A DNA stretch of 64,000 bases from Humibacter sp. (GCA_035564555.1 DATMTS010000093.1:19314-83313); one strand, 5' to 3'. Counted from the first letter of the stretch, positions 1 through 10,696 are shown. The notes: a model not told the origin generated them from the sequence alone. Numbers and translations are program-made.

Positions 1-1325
1 GCGACGACCGCGGGGCGGGGCAGATGGTTGTAGTTGCTCGACAACGACCAGCAGTAGGCGCCCGTCGCGGCGACGGCGAGCAGGTCGCCGGGCGCGACGT
101 CCGACGGCAGGTAGTCGGCGTCGACGACGATGTCGCCCGACTCGCAATGCTTGCCGGCGATCCGTACGAGCGCCGGTTCCGCGCTCGACGCGCGATCCAC
201 CACCCGGGCCGTGTAATCGGCTCCGTACAGTGCGGTGCGCGCGTTGTCGCTCATGCCGCCGTCGACGCTGACGTAAAGCCGGGTCGCCGTCTCGCCCGGG
301 ATGCCGTGCGGCACCGATACTTCCACTGGCTTCGTCGTGCCGACCGTGTAGAGCGTCGTGCCGGCCGGTCCGACGATCAGCCGACCCGGCTCGAACGCGA
401 CGGCCGGAACGGCAACTCCCGCGTTCTCGCATTCGGCGGCGACGATCTCGGCGATCCGCTCCGCGAGCTCTCGCACCGGAGTCGGATCGTCGGCGCTGGT
501 GTACGCGATGCCGAATCCGCCGCCCAGGTTCAACTCGGGCACCTCGCCGCGCTCGAGCAGCCGGGCATGCACCGCGATCAGGCGGGCGGCCGATTCGGCG
601 AAGGCGTCAGACCCGAAGATCTGCGAGCCGATGTGGCAGTGCAGCCCGACGAATCGCAGTGCGTCTCGGCCCCTGATGTCCCCGACGATGCGTTCCGCGT
701 CGGCCAGCGGGACGCCGAATTTCTGGTCTTCGTGGGCGGTCGCCAGGAATTGGTGCGTGTGCGCGTGGACACCGCTCACCACGCGCAACCGCACGCGCTG
801 CGTCCGGCCGTGCCGAGCCGCGGCATCCGCGACCCGCTCGACCTCCTGCTCGCTGTCGATCACGATCGTTCCGACCCCGGCGGCGACGGCCCGCTCGATC
901 TCGGCCAGCGACTTGTTGTTGCCGTGGAAGCCGAGTCGCTCCGGGTCGATGCCGGCGGCGAGCGCCACGGCGAGCTCTCCGCCGGTGCACACGTCGAGGT
1001 TCAACCCCGCCTCGGAGACCCAACGCGCGAGCTCCGTGCTGATGAACGCCTTTCCGGCGTAGTAGACGGTGGCGGGGGCGCCGATCCGGGCGAACGCTTC
1101 GGTGAAGGCAGCGCGCGTCTCAGCGGCGCGGGCACGTACGTCCTCTTCGTCGACGACGTAGAGCGGCGTGCCGAATTCTTCGGCGAGTGCGGTGACGGGC
1201 ACGCCGCCGATCGATGCCGTTCCGTCGTCGGCCCTTCGCATGGTGCGGGGCCAGACCCGCTTCGACAGCGCATTCGGGTCGGCGGGGTGCACCAGCCAGG
1301 CAGGGGCAAGGGGGTTGTCGGCCAC
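1..1325 (-). CDS. lysA: Diaminopimelate decarboxylase, 3'-truncated by the window edge (absent from the supplied ORF track)
   Basis: Manual reverse-strand translation from GTG at 1325-1323 gives VADNPLAPAWLVHP...FGTPLYVVDEEDVRARA...YYAGKAF...CTGGELAVALAAG...FHGNNKS...HCHIGSQIF...NLGGGFGIAY...EPGR...VDGGMSDN...GKHCESGD with no stop down to position 1. These are fold-III PLP decarboxylase motifs. The argS-lysA neighbourhood is typical of Actinomycetota. Confidence 0.9.
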   Translation of the reverse strand, partial: MADNPLAPAWLVHPADPNALSKRVWPRTMRRADDGTASIGGVPVTALAEEFGTPLYVVDEEDVRARAAETRAAFTEAFARIGAPATVYYAGKAFISTELARWVSEAGLNLDVCTGGELAVALAAGIDPERLGFHGNNKSLAEIERAVAAGVGTIVIDSEQEVERVADAAARHGRTQRVRLRVVSGVHAHTHQFLATAHEDQKFGVPLADAERIVGDIRGRDALRFVGLHCHIGSQIFGSDAFAESAARLIAVHARLLERGEVPELNLGGGFGIAYTSADDPTPVRELAERIAEIVAAECENAGVAVPAVAFEPGRLIVGPAGTTLYTVGTTKPVEVSVPHGIPGETATRLYVSVDGGMSDNARTALYGADYTARVVDRASSAEPALVRIAGKHCESGDIVVDADYLPSDVAPGDLLAVAATGAYCWSLSSNYNHLPRPAVV

Positions 1326-1480
1326 GGGCGAACCTTCAGGGAGGCGAGAGGGTCTGGTGCGGCGAGCGGACCCGGATTGGCCCCTGAAGCCGGTCGGGTG
1401 GCGTCGGTCGAGCACCCGTGCGGCAAGTCTACCGAGCGCCACCGGGGCGTTCGAATCGCGTTACGGCGACGACATCTCGG

Positions 1481-2290
1481 TCAGGAACAGCTGCCCCGCG
1501 AGTCGAAGGTCTTCTTCTGGAGCACGATGTCGGATGCCGCGACCCGCACCTGCGCGACTCCCTTCGACACGTCGATACCCGTCACGTTCATGCCCTCCGG
1601 CAGATATTGCGCCATGCAGAGCGGCAACGGCTTGTTGCCCAGGATGCGTTGAGCCAGCGACGTGAGGTCGACCGAGGTGGAGAGCGCGCTGACCTTCACG
1701 TCACCGGGCGTGAGTTCGAGCACCCCGGCGCCCGCGAGCGACGGCGTCACCGTCGCGGTATAGCGCACGGGGATGCCGATCAGCTTCGCGTCGCCGCGCA
1801 GGCCGACGGTGTCGTCGCCGAGCAGGATCGTGGATTGCGTGTTCGGCACCTTCACGAGGTCGTTGAGGGAGCTCTGCCCGACCCGAAGCGTGCCGGAGAT
1901 GTGGCCGACAGGTCGAGAGAGATCGACCGGGATGTCGGTGGCCACGACCCGAACCGCCATCGGCGCGCCGTCGACGGTCACGCGCGGCGAGCTCAGCTCG
2001 ACCCGGTCGAACGAACCGCTCAGGTACTGTCCGATCACCGAGAATCCATCGATCGTCACCGACATGTCCTGGGCCTGGATGCCGGACGGCAGCTGCTGCT
2101 GCACCTGCTCGCGCACGATGCCCTGTGCGACCTGTCTGAGGATCGCGTCGGCGGCGAAGAAGAGTCCGACGAGCACCACGAGCGCGCCCACGGTCCACAC
2201 GACCGGCTTGATCCGCCGACGCGGTCGGCGGATCACCGGCGCTTCCTGTTCGATGGTCGATGATCGGGTCACCATTCCATCCTCACCCAT
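1481..2290 (-). CDS. DUF2993/LmeA-like membrane-anchored protein
   Basis: ORF 1481..2290. One N-terminal TM helix (VVWTVGALVVLVGLFFAA) followed by a beta-rich soluble domain. Family name recalled from memory, no HMM run. Confidence 0.55.
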   Translation of the reverse strand: MGEDGMVTRSSTIEQEAPVIRRPRRRIKPVVWTVGALVVLVGLFFAADAILRQVAQGIVREQVQQQLPSGIQAQDMSVTIDGFSVIGQYLSGSFDRVELSSPRVTVDGAPMAVRVVATDIPVDLSRPVGHISGTLRVGQSSLNDLVKVPNTQSTILLGDDTVGLRGDAKLIGIPVRYTATVTPSLAGAGVLELTPGDVKVSALSTSVDLTSLAQRILGNKPLPLCMAQYLPEGMNVTGIDVSKGVAQVRVAASDIVLQKKTFDSRGSCS

Positions 2291-2330
2291 CCGGCCGACA
2301 GGATGCTCCGCATAGGAGCCGCACTCGGCA

Positions 2331-4004
2331 TCACATCCGTTCGGGTGCGGAGACTCCCAGCAGGCCGAGCCCGTTGCGGATGACCTGACCGGCAGCCTCG
2401 TTCAGCCACAGCCGCGTGCGGTGCAGGTCGGTGACCGGCTCATCGCCGAGCGGGATGACGCGGCAGTTGTCGTACCAGCGGTGGTACAGGCCGGCGAGTT
2501 CTTCGAGATAGCGCGCCACTCGGTGCGGTTCGCGCAGCTCGGCGGCCTGGGCGACGACGCGCGGGAACTCCTGCAGCGCGCCCAGCATCGCCGACTCGGA
2601 CTCGTGCGTCAGGAGTTCGGGGGCGAAGGCGCTCCGCTCGACGCCGGAGGCCGCCGCATTCGCCGCCACCGACCGGGAGCGCGCATGCACGTACTGCACG
2701 TAGAACACCGGGTTGTCGTTGCTGCGCTTGCGCAGCAGGTCGAGATCGATGTCGAGAGGAGAGTCGCTGGACGAACGCACCAGGGCGTATCGCGCGGCGT
2801 CGACGCCGACGACGTCCACCAGGTCATCCATCGTGACGATCGTGCCGGCGCGCTTGCTCATCCGCACGGGTTCACCGTCTTTGACCAGGTTCACCATCTG
2901 GCCGATCAGGATCTGCAGGTTCTCTCCCGGCACGTCGCCGAACGCCTGCGCCATCGCCATCATCCGGCCGACGTAGCCGTGATGATCGGCTCCCAGCATG
3001 ATGATGTTCTGCTCGAACCCGCGTTCACGCTTGTTCAGGTAATAGCCCAGGTCGCCCGAGATGTATGCCGGCTCACCGTTGCTGCGGATGATCACCCGAT
3101 CACGGTCGTCGCCGAACTCGGTCGTGCGCAACCAGATCGCGCCGTCGGCCTCGAACACGTGACCCAGTTCGCGCAGCCGGTCGATCGCGTGCTGAACGGC
3201 CCCCGACTCATGCAGGGAGTCCTCGTGGAAGTAGACATCGAAGTCGACGCCGAATCCGTGCAGCTTATTCTTGATCTCGGCGAACATCAGCTCCGTGCCG
3301 ATGCGCCGGAAGACCTCCTGCTGCTCACTGCGCGGCAGTACGGCGAGGTCGCCGTCGTACTGCTCGACGACCGACGCCGCGATCTCGGCGATGTACGCTC
3401 CGCCGTAGCCGTCCTCGGGTGTCGGCTCACCGAGGTAGGCGGCGAGCAGGCTGCGTGCGAACCGGTCGATCTGCGAACCGTGGTCGTTGAAGTAGTACTC
3501 GCGGGCGACTTCCGCCCCCTCCGCTGCGAGGATGCGGGCCAGGCTGTCTCCGACCGCGGCCCACCGCACGCCGCCCAGATGGATCGGCCCGGTCGGGTTC
3601 GCCGAGACGAACTCCAGGTTGATCCTGATGCCGTCGTAGAGCCCGCCGTGCCCGTAGTCCGCACCGGCATCCACGATCGTGCGCGCCAGAGCACCGGCGG
3701 CGGCGGCATCCAGTCGGAAGTTGATGAAGCCCGGGCCGGCGACCTCCGCGGAGGCGATGCCGTCGATCCCGGAGGCCGACGCGACGATCTCCGTCGCGAG
3801 ATCGCGCGGGTTCATGCCGAGCGGCTTGGCAAGGCGCATCGCGATGTTCGATGCCCAGTCGCCGTGCTCGCGGTTCTTCGGGCGCTCCAGCGGGATGTCG
3901 GCCTCCGTGAGCTCGAGCTGCGCGGGGGTCGCGCCGTCACGCCGACGCTCCAGGATGGGAGCGACGATGGCGAGAAGGGCGGCCGAAAGCTGATCAGGGG
4001 TCAC
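2331..4004 (-). CDS. argS: Arginine--tRNA ligase
   Basis: ORF 2331..4607 trimmed to the in-frame GTG at 4004-4002 ([11 protein letters not shown]...). Class I signatures HLGG ([11 protein letters not shown]) and MSKR (PVRMSKRAG). The upstream 200 aa of the listed ORF is Arg/Gly-rich junk. Confidence 0.93.
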   Translation of the reverse strand: MTPDQLSAALLAIVAPILERRRDGATPAQLELTEADIPLERPKNREHGDWASNIAMRLAKPLGMNPRDLATEIVASASGIDGIASAEVAGPGFINFRLDAAAAGALARTIVDAGADYGHGGLYDGIRINLEFVSANPTGPIHLGGVRWAAVGDSLARILAAEGAEVAREYYFNDHGSQIDRFARSLLAAYLGEPTPEDGYGGAYIAEIAASVVEQYDGDLAVLPRSEQQEVFRRIGTELMFAEIKNKLHGFGVDFDVYFHEDSLHESGAVQHAIDRLRELGHVFEADGAIWLRTTEFGDDRDRVIIRSNGEPAYISGDLGYYLNKRERGFEQNIIMLGADHHGYVGRMMAMAQAFGDVPGENLQILIGQMVNLVKDGEPVRMSKRAGTIVTMDDLVDVVGVDAARYALVRSSSDSPLDIDLDLLRKRSNDNPVFYVQYVHARSRSVAANAAASGVERSAFAPELLTHESESAMLGALQEFPRVVAQAAELREPHRVARYLEELAGLYHRWYDNCRVIPLGDEPVTDLHRTRLWLNEAAGQVIRNGLGLLGVSAPERM

Positions 4005-4169
4005 GGACGTCGATTCTATCGGCGCGCGATTCCAACAATTCGGCAACCGTGCGTCGCTGGGAGCGGGATGCCCGGGTTCGCTTGATAAGGTCGCTGTCAC
4101 CGTCGGCGCCGCATCCGCTCGGCGGCGCACAATCGCTTCTCTGATCGACGACTCCGCGCTCGCGAAGGT

Positions 4170-4787
4170 ATGCATATGACCACAACGTCCCGTATCCGCG
4201 TCATGGCGACGCTTGCGGCCTGCCTCGTCGGCGTCGGCCTGCTCGCCGGATGTGCTGCAAGCCACTCGCCCAAGCCGGCGCCATCGCCCAGCAGGACGGA
4301 CTCGCCTCGGGCCGACCCGCCGACCCCGACGCCGACCCCCACCCCGACGGCGACGCCCACACCCGTCACGCTGACCTGCGATCAGGTGCTCACGGCCCAG
4401 CAGCTGTACGACTACAACCCGAACTTCGGCGACGATCCGGGTTATAAGCCTGCCGCAGGGAGCCTGCCCGCCCAGGCCGTGCAGTTCGGCGGTGTGGCAT
4501 GCGGATGGCTCAACCAGACCAGCAAGAGCGTGCTCGAGGCCTCCGTGGCGACACCGACCGACGATCAGCTGACGCAGCTGGGGAACGCCGCCGTCACGAG
4601 CAGCCACGTCGTTCCCACCTACGGGTCGCCCCCCTTGCTCGGCTATTTCACGATCTCGAACGGCGCCGGAGTGGCCCAGGTCTTCACCGGAAAATGGTGG
4701 ATCGTGGTGTCGTCGAAAGACTTCCTGGAGCCCGGCGATGCCCAGCCGGCGATGTCGGCGGTGCTGCAGAACCTGCCCAAGGGCTGA
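4170..4787 (+). CDS. Secreted lipoprotein with Pro/Thr-rich linker, function unknown
   Basis: Signal peptide with lipobox LLAGC, then [15 protein letters not shown] linker and a roughly 130-aa domain. Alternative ATG at 4176. Confidence 0.7.
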   Translation: MHMTTTSRIRVMATLAACLVGVGLLAGCAASHSPKPAPSPSRTDSPRADPPTPTPTPTPTATPTPVTLTCDQVLTAQQLYDYNPNFGDDPGYKPAAGSLPAQAVQFGGVACGWLNQTSKSVLEASVATPTDDQLTQLGNAAVTSSHVVPTYGSPPLLGYFTISNGAGVAQVFTGKWWIVVSSKDFLEPGDAQPAMSAVLQNLPKG

Positions 4788-4885
4788 CGGTTCCCGGCCG
4801 ATCGGCTTGCGGCTCGCGCACCGGTTCCCACGTGCATTCCGGGTGTCCGCCGGATGCTAACCTGGGCTACGCCCCGTTCAACCGA

Positions 4886-4961
4886 GCCCCCATAGCTCAG
4901 GGGATAGAGCGTCTGCCTCCGGAGCAGAAGGTCGTAGGTTCAAATCCTACTGGGGGCACCA
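4886..4961 (+). tRNA. tRNA-Arg (anticodon CCG), CCA end encoded
   Basis: Hand-folded cloverleaf: acceptor GCCCCCA/TGGGGGC, D arm GCTC/GAGC, anticodon stem TCTGC/GCAGA with loop CTCCGGA, T arm GTAGG-TTCAAAT-CCTAC, then ACCA. Confidence 0.93.
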
Positions 4962-5015
4962 TCCTTCTCAGCCGGGGCCGTCTCCGCCTCGTCGATGGCT
5001 GTCGGCCGTCCGGCC

Positions 5016-5882
5016 TCAGCCGACGGTGACGAAGTCGATGAGCTGCTCGACCCGGCCCAGTAGTGCGGGCTCCAGGTCGGCGAACGAGTCGACGCGGCCG
5101 AGGATGCGCTTCCAGGCCCGGGCGATGTCGGCCTGATTCCGGTGCGGAAGACCGAGGGCTTCGCAGATGCCGTGTTTCCACTCCATCGTGCGCGGGATCG
5201 TCGGCCACGTCCGAAGTCCGACCCGCTCCGGCTTCACTGCCTGCCAGATGTCGACGAACGGATGCCCGACGACGAGGACGTTGGCGCCGAACGGACCGCG
5301 CGCCACGGCATCCGCGATCTTCGATTCCTTCGATCCGGCGACGAGATGGTCGACCAGCACCCCGATGCGGCGATGCGGGGTCGGAGCGAAGTCGCGCACG
5401 ATGGCATCCAGGTCATCGACGCCCTCCAGATACTCCACGACGACGCCTTCCACGCGCAGGTCGTCGCCCCACACCTTCTCGACCAGTTCGGCGTCGTGCC
5501 TGCCCTCCACGAAGATCCGGCTGGCACGTGCCACGCGGGCGCGGGCCTCGGCGACGCTGAACGATCCGGAGGCCGTGCGGGATCGCTGCTGCGCGGCCTC
5601 CGAGACGGGCGCCGTCAAGATCACCGGAGCGCCGTCGATCAGGAATCCGCCGCCGAGCGGGAACGCCCGTACCCTGCCGTGCCGGTCTTCCAGGTGCACC
5701 AGTTTGTTCTCGATGCGCACCACCGCGCCGCAGAATCCGGATTCCGCCACCTCGACCACCAGCTCCCGTTCTGCCGGGACCGGTTGCGGCTTCACCACCC
5801 CTCGGCTACGCCAGTCGGAGGCCAGCACGTCCGCGCCATATCGATCGTGGTCGATCACGTTCCGCCTCTCCCGCCGTCCCAA
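5016..5882 (-). CDS. DUF3097-like conserved actinobacterial protein
   Basis: ORF 5016..5882. The conserved block RASRIFVEGRHDAELVEKVWGDDLRVEGVVVEYLEGVDDL resembles the DUF3097 family as I recall it. The start may be the internal GTG at 5858. Confidence 0.6.
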   Translation of the reverse strand: MGRRERRNVIDHDRYGADVLASDWRSRGVVKPQPVPAERELVVEVAESGFCGAVVRIENKLVHLEDRHGRVRAFPLGGGFLIDGAPVILTAPVSEAAQQRSRTASGSFSVAEARARVARASRIFVEGRHDAELVEKVWGDDLRVEGVVVEYLEGVDDLDAIVRDFAPTPHRRIGVLVDHLVAGSKESKIADAVARGPFGANVLVVGHPFVDIWQAVKPERVGLRTWPTIPRTMEWKHGICEALGLPHRNQADIARAWKRILGRVDSFADLEPALLGRVEQLIDFVTVG

Positions 5883-5952
5883 CTCCTTGCGAGGTTACCG
5901 GGGGTCGAGGAGACCGGCGGCGCGTCCACGCCGAGTGCGACAGGATGGAAGT

Positions 5953-6942
5953 ATGACTGCGAAGAGGCTCTTGTTCATCGGCGGCACCGGTGTGATCAGT
6001 TCGGCGTGCGTGGCACGCGCCGTGGAACGCGGGGACGAAGTCACCGTGCTCAACCGTGGCCGGTCCGAAGCCCGACCGACGCCCGCAGGCGTACGCGAGC
6101 TGCATGCCGACATCCACGACCAAGCGGCGGTGGATGCCGCGATCGGCACCGAGGAGTTCGACGCCGTCGCGCAGTTCCTCGCGTTCACCCCTGACCAGGT
6201 CGAACACGACCTCGCCCGCTTCGCCGGTCGCACCGGGCAGTACGTCTTCATCAGTTCCGCCTCGGCCTACCAGACTCCCCCGTCCCGTCTGCCGGTGACC
6301 GAGTCGACGCCGCTGCGCAACCCGTATTGGCAGTACTCCCGCGACAAGATCGCGTGCGAAGACGCGCTGGTCGCGGCATACCGGCAACACGGCTTCCCCG
6401 CGACGATCGTGCGCCCCTCCCACACCTACGACCGCACGCTGCTGCCGACTCTCGGCGGATGGACCGACATCGCCCGGATGCGCGCGGGCAAGCCCGTGAT
6501 CGTGCACGGTGACGGCACCAGCCTGTGGACGATCACGCACAACACCGACTTCGCCGTCGCGTTCGTCGGCCTGCTCGGCTTGCCCGTCGCCGTCGGCGAT
6601 ACGTTCCACATCACCGGGGATCTCGCACCGACGTGGGATCAGATCTACGCCTGGCTGGCGCGGGCGGCTGGTGCCGAACCGCACCTGGTTCACGTGGCCT
6701 CCGAGACGATCGCGAAGGTCCTCCCGGACCTCGGCCCCGGCCTGATCGGAGACAAGGCGCATTCCATGGTCTTCGACAATTCGAAGGTCAAGGCTCTCGT
6801 TCCGGAGTTTGCGACGACCGTGCCGTTCTCGCGAGGCGCCGAGCAGATCGTCGACTGGTACGACCGGCACCCCGAACGACAGACCGTGGATGCCGACCTC
6901 GATGCCGCTTTCGACCGGCTCGCGGCCCTGGCCGCCGGCTGA
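5953..6942 (+). CDS. NAD-dependent epimerase/dehydratase family protein (extended SDR)
   Basis: In-frame ATG at 5953 within ORF 5167..6942. Rossmann motif GGTGVISS and catalytic YSRDK (YxxxK). The upstream part of the listed ORF overlaps the opposite-strand gene and is low-complexity. Confidence 0.8.
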   Translation: MTAKRLLFIGGTGVISSACVARAVERGDEVTVLNRGRSEARPTPAGVRELHADIHDQAAVDAAIGTEEFDAVAQFLAFTPDQVEHDLARFAGRTGQYVFISSASAYQTPPSRLPVTESTPLRNPYWQYSRDKIACEDALVAAYRQHGFPATIVRPSHTYDRTLLPTLGGWTDIARMRAGKPVIVHGDGTSLWTITHNTDFAVAFVGLLGLPVAVGDTFHITGDLAPTWDQIYAWLARAAGAEPHLVHVASETIAKVLPDLGPGLIGDKAHSMVFDNSKVKALVPEFATTVPFSRGAEQIVDWYDRHPERQTVDADLDAAFDRLAALAAG

Positions 6943-7024
6943 GGCGACGCGCTTGGGACCCGCCGACGGAGACGACCCGCCCGACTCGGCGCGGCGCTGA
7001 TGGGATGAGGCTGACTCGACGCGG

Positions 7025-7372
7025 CTATTCTTCGGCTGCTCGGCGGCGTTCCATTTCGTCGCGAAGACGGGCCTCTTCGATCTCACGTTCGAGGTCCGCA
7101 AGCTGTTGCTCGGTCGAGCGCGCGTCACGGCTCGGCGCGTGCGCCGCCGGGGGCTGTGAGGTGCGTCGCTGCCGGGCCGTCGCCGGCCGAGACGACTGGT
7201 CGTAATCACGGCCCAGGGTGAACCACAGCACAGTGCCGAGGAGCGGCACCAGCACGACCAGCAGGATCCAGACAAACTTCGGAAGGTGCTTCACCTGCCA
7301 CTCTTCCCGCGTGATGATGTCGATGAGCGCGACGACGAGCACACCGAGTAGGACGATCGAGAGCACAGGCAT
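7025..7372 (-). CDS. Small membrane protein with PLD-nuclease N-terminal (PLDc_N) type domain
   Basis: Two TM helices ending in the LLGTVLWFTLGRD motif typical of PLDc_N proteins, followed by a charged coiled tail. Confidence 0.65.
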   Translation of the reverse strand: MPVLSIVLLGVLVVALIDIITREEWQVKHLPKFVWILLVVLVPLLGTVLWFTLGRDYDQSSRPATARQRRTSQPPAAHAPSRDARSTEQQLADLEREIEEARLRDEMERRRAAEE

Positions 7373-7483
7373 GCCGTCAGCATAGGGACACGGATGTCTA
7401 CGGTCGAGGAATTTCGGCTGGGACCGAAGGACGAGGTTCTGCCTGCGTGGGCCGCAGCCCGCAGTGGATGGGCGGCAGCCGGG

Positions 7484-8158
7484 TCAGTACTCGTCGTGCC
7501 GGCGATTGCGTTCGTGCGGGGGCCGCTGGGGCCAGCCGTCCGGCGAGTCCTCCCACCGTTCCTGCCTGCCGTAAGGCGTGATGTCGAGATAACCGGCGAA
7601 GCCGCTCAGGATCTCGACTCCGCGGCCCTGCGCCGTGTAGGTGAGGAACACCTGCTCCGGCCTCCGCAGGTACACCGAGACGCCGGGGATCTCCCCCTCG
7701 TCGTCGGTCCAACCCCAGTCGCGGTTGTAGCTGTTGTTCGCCGAAGACACCCACGGCGCGCTCCACCCCATCCGCGTGTTGTAGGCGACCAACTTCTCGA
7801 TTGGCGCTCGGGAGACGCGCGCGAACGCGATCTCATACGGTGCGAAGTGCGCCAGATGCGGAACGCTGTCTGCGAGGTTGGAGCAACTCGGGCAACCGGC
7901 ATCCCAATCCGGGGCGAACATGAAGTTCTGCACGATCAATTGAGACCGCCCGCCGAAGAGCTCGCTCAGCCGCACCCGCCCGTGCTCCCCATCGAATTCG
8001 TAGTCCGGCACGGCAGTCATCGGCAATGTGCGCCGCGCGGCCGCGGCACGATCGGCGGCCCGCGTCGCCTCCTTCTCGATCGGCAGGATGCCGTTGCGCG
8101 CCTGCTCCCAGGTCTCGCGGTCTACCACGACCGGGCTGGCTGCGGTGTCGAGGGTCAT
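7484..8158 (-). CDS. DUF899 thioredoxin-like protein
   Basis: RSQLIVQNFMFAPDWDAGCPSCS...RMGWSAPWVSS matches the conserved core of DUF899 family proteins. Confidence 0.8.
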   Translation of the reverse strand: MTLDTAASPVVVDRETWEQARNGILPIEKEATRAADRAAAARRTLPMTAVPDYEFDGEHGRVRLSELFGGRSQLIVQNFMFAPDWDAGCPSCSNLADSVPHLAHFAPYEIAFARVSRAPIEKLVAYNTRMGWSAPWVSSANNSYNRDWGWTDDEGEIPGVSVYLRRPEQVFLTYTAQGRGVEILSGFAGYLDITPYGRQERWEDSPDGWPQRPPHERNRRHDEY

Positions 8159-8329
8159 GATTCTTCACTCCAATCCGAGGAACGGCGATCCGAAGTGGAG
8201 GGCTTTTCACGAGCGACCATACGCCGCTCCCATCGGGCGTGCTACCGCCCGACACCAACCGACTGCCGGTCCGCTGCTTTCTGCCACCGGGACGGGAAGG
8301 CCGCTCGGCTGACAGCCGGCCCGGGTAGG

Positions 8330-9199
8330 GTGATCGGCGTGCTGACACACTTTCTCGTCGTGCCGCAATGGCAGGGTTCCGGGTCGTCGCGCGCCATGCG
8401 CCTGATCGACGGTGCACAGGCGATCGCCGGTGACCTTCCCACGTCATCGACGACCGCGGTCGACGTTCCGATGGAGGCGGGCGAGATGCTCGACACCGGC
8501 GTGCAGCGCTATTCGGCGCTCGTCACGACACGCGATCGCACGTTGGCAGCGCTCGTGGAACGTGCCGCGATCGCGCCGGAGGAGACCGTGATCACGATCG
8601 GCGGCGACTGCGCGGCGGATCTTGCCGGAGTGCAGCATGCCCTTTCGCTGCGCGAGCCGGGAAGCGTTGCGCTGGTCTGGTTCGACGCGCACGCCGACAT
8701 CAACTCGCCGCAGTCGTCGCCGTCGCGAGCGTTCAGCGGGATGGTGGTGCGCGCCTTGCTCGGCGAAGGACCTGCCGAGCTCGCGTCGGCCGAGGGCGCG
8801 TTGCTCGCGCCCCAGCAGCTGGTCCTCGCCGGAACACGGTCCCTCGATGACGGTGAAAGCGCCTACATCGACGAGAACGGCATCCGGATGCTGACGGCTG
8901 ACCGCTTCGCGTCGCCCGACGCGCTGCTGGACGCGCTCTCGTCCACCGGGGCGACGAGCGCATACCTGCACATCGACCTCGATGTGCTCGACCCGGCCGC
9001 GATCGACGGCGTCGGCTACCCGGAACCGTTCGGGCTGCAGCCGGAACTGCTGGCCGAAACCATCCGATCCGTGCGCTCCCGCTATGAACTCGCCGGGGCC
9101 GCGGTCACCGGCTTCGCCCCGGCGACCCAGGATGCCGCCAACGGCGATCTCTCCGTCATTCTGCGAACGCTCGGCGCACTCACCGCACCGCTTCGCTGA
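8330..9199 (+). CDS. Arginase/agmatinase/formimidoylglutamase family metallohydrolase
   Basis: In-frame GTG at 8330 (alternative 8339) within ORF 7394..9199. Metal-binding motifs FDAHADIN, HIDLDVLDP and GGDC. Substrate not assignable from sequence alone. Confidence 0.75.
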   Translation: MIGVLTHFLVVPQWQGSGSSRAMRLIDGAQAIAGDLPTSSTTAVDVPMEAGEMLDTGVQRYSALVTTRDRTLAALVERAAIAPEETVITIGGDCAADLAGVQHALSLREPGSVALVWFDAHADINSPQSSPSRAFSGMVVRALLGEGPAELASAEGALLAPQQLVLAGTRSLDDGESAYIDENGIRMLTADRFASPDALLDALSSTGATSAYLHIDLDVLDPAAIDGVGYPEPFGLQPELLAETIRSVRSRYELAGAAVTGFAPATQDAANGDLSVILRTLGALTAPLR

Positions 9200-9238
9200 G
9201 CCGTGCGGTCGCAGCATCCGGCCGGATAGGCTGCGAAC

Positions 9239-10696
9239 ATGGCAGAAACCGAGTACGACGTGATCGTCATCGGGGCGGGCGCGATCGGCGAGAACGTCGC
9301 CGACCGTGCGGTTCAGGGGGGTATGCGCACCGCGATCATCGAGGCCGAACTCGTCGGCGGCGAGTGCTCCTACTGGGCCTGCATGCCGTCCAAGGCGCTG
9401 TTGCGCAGCGGGGCCGCGCTTCGGACCGCGCAATCCGTCGCCGGAACCCGGGAAGCCGTGACAGGCGACCTCGACGTTCGTGGCGTACTGCGCAAGCGCG
9501 ATTCAGTGACGAGCGACTGGAAAGATGACGGCCAGGTCGAGTGGCTGAACGGAGCGGGGATCGATCTCGTGCGCGGTCGGGGGCGGATCACGGCCGTCCG
9601 CGAGGTGACCGTGACGACGACCGACGGGGGCACGGTCGTGCTGCGCGCGAAGCACGCCGTCGCAGTATGCACCGGATCCGCGTCGTTGCTCCCCGACATC
9701 CCGGGGCTGAAAGACAGCGAGCCGTGGACCAGCCGTGACGCGACGAGCGCGCACGAGATCCCGGCGAGCCTCGCGATCATCGGCGGAGGTGTGGTTGCGA
9801 GCGAGATGGCGACGGCGTACGCGGATCTCGGATCGCACGTGCACGTGATCTCGCGTAGCGGCCTGCTGCGCGGGCAGGAGCCGTTCGCCGCAGAACTGGT
9901 CGCCGCGTCGCTGCGGCAGCGCGGAGTGCGATTGACCCTGAACGCGAGCCCGACGCAGGTCAGGCGGACCGAAGACGGCGGCGTCGTGCTGCACCTCGAC
10001 GACGACAGCGTCGTGACGGCCCAGCAGGTGCTCGTCGCGACCGGACGCACCCCGCAGACGATCGATCTGGGCCTCGAAGCGTTCGGGCCGACACCGGGCG
10101 ACTGGCTGACCGTCGACGACAGCCTGCGCGTGCTGAACCGTGACGGGGCGCCCATCGCCGACGCACGCGGCTCGTGGCTCTATGCCGCGGGAGATGTCAA
10201 CCACCGGGCGCTGCTGACGCATCAGGGCAAATACCAGGCCCGCATCGCCGGCGACGCGATCGCGGCTCGTGCCGCCGGGCGCGACCTTTCCGAGGCGCCG
10301 TGGTCGACGTACTCCGCCACGGCGGATCACGCGGCCGTTCCGCAGGTGACCTTCACCGATCCGGAGGTGGCTTCCGTGGGACTCACCGCCGCCGAGGCGG
10401 AAGCACGAGGCATCCGCACCCGGGTGGTCGACTATGCGATCGGTGACGTCGCCGGGGCCTCGATCAACCGAGACGACTACCAGGGTCAGGCGCGGATGGT
10501 CGTGGACGAGGACCGCGGGGTGCTGGTCGGTGCGACGTTCGTCGGACCCGACATCGGCGAACTGCTGCATTCGGCGACGATCGCGGTCGTCGGGGAGGTG
10601 CCGATCGACCGGTTGTGGCACGCGGTGCCCTCCTACCCGACTCTGAGCGAGGTCTGGCTGCGGCTGCTGGAGAGCTACGGGCGGCCGACCGAATGA
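9239..10696 (+). CDS. FAD-dependent pyridine nucleotide-disulfide oxidoreductase (dihydrolipoyl dehydrogenase/mycothione reductase-like)
   Basis: GAGAIG FAD motif, redox-active disulfide GGECSYWACMPSK, second dinucleotide motif GGGVVASE, C-terminal HAVPSYPTLSE dimerisation motif. Confidence 0.8.
   Translation: MAETEYDVIVIGAGAIGENVADRAVQGGMRTAIIEAELVGGECSYWACMPSKALLRSGAALRTAQSVAGTREAVTGDLDVRGVLRKRDSVTSDWKDDGQVEWLNGAGIDLVRGRGRITAVREVTVTTTDGGTVVLRAKHAVAVCTGSASLLPDIPGLKDSEPWTSRDATSAHEIPASLAIIGGGVVASEMATAYADLGSHVHVISRSGLLRGQEPFAAELVAASLRQRGVRLTLNASPTQVRRTEDGGVVLHLDDDSVVTAQQVLVATGRTPQTIDLGLEAFGPTPGDWLTVDDSLRVLNRDGAPIADARGSWLYAAGDVNHRALLTHQGKYQARIAGDAIAARAAGRDLSEAPWSTYSATADHAAVPQVTFTDPEVASVGLTAAEAEARGIRTRVVDYAIGDVAGASINRDDYQGQARMVVDEDRGVLVGATFVGPDIGELLHSATIAVVGEVPIDRLWHAVPSYPTLSEVWLRLLESYGRPTE

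Noticed and set aside
24-1652. 542-aa plus-strand ORF at the left edge
   Set aside because: It is antisense to a clean lysA reading frame. The Arg/Gly/Asp/Val-rich composition is typical of high-GC shadow frames, and it has no recognisable motifs.
2331-4607. N-terminal 200-aa extension of the argS ORF, and the antisense 554-aa ORF 2421..4085
   Set aside because: The extension is Arg/Gly-rich and overlaps the divergent lipoprotein gene. ArgS homology starts at GTG 4004. The antisense ORF is a shadow frame.
4886-9199. Possible genomic island integrated at tRNA-Arg
   Set aside because: There is no integrase, recombinase or phage gene. I saw no repeat of the tRNA 3' end and no GC shift. The downstream genes are ordinary conserved actinobacterial genes.
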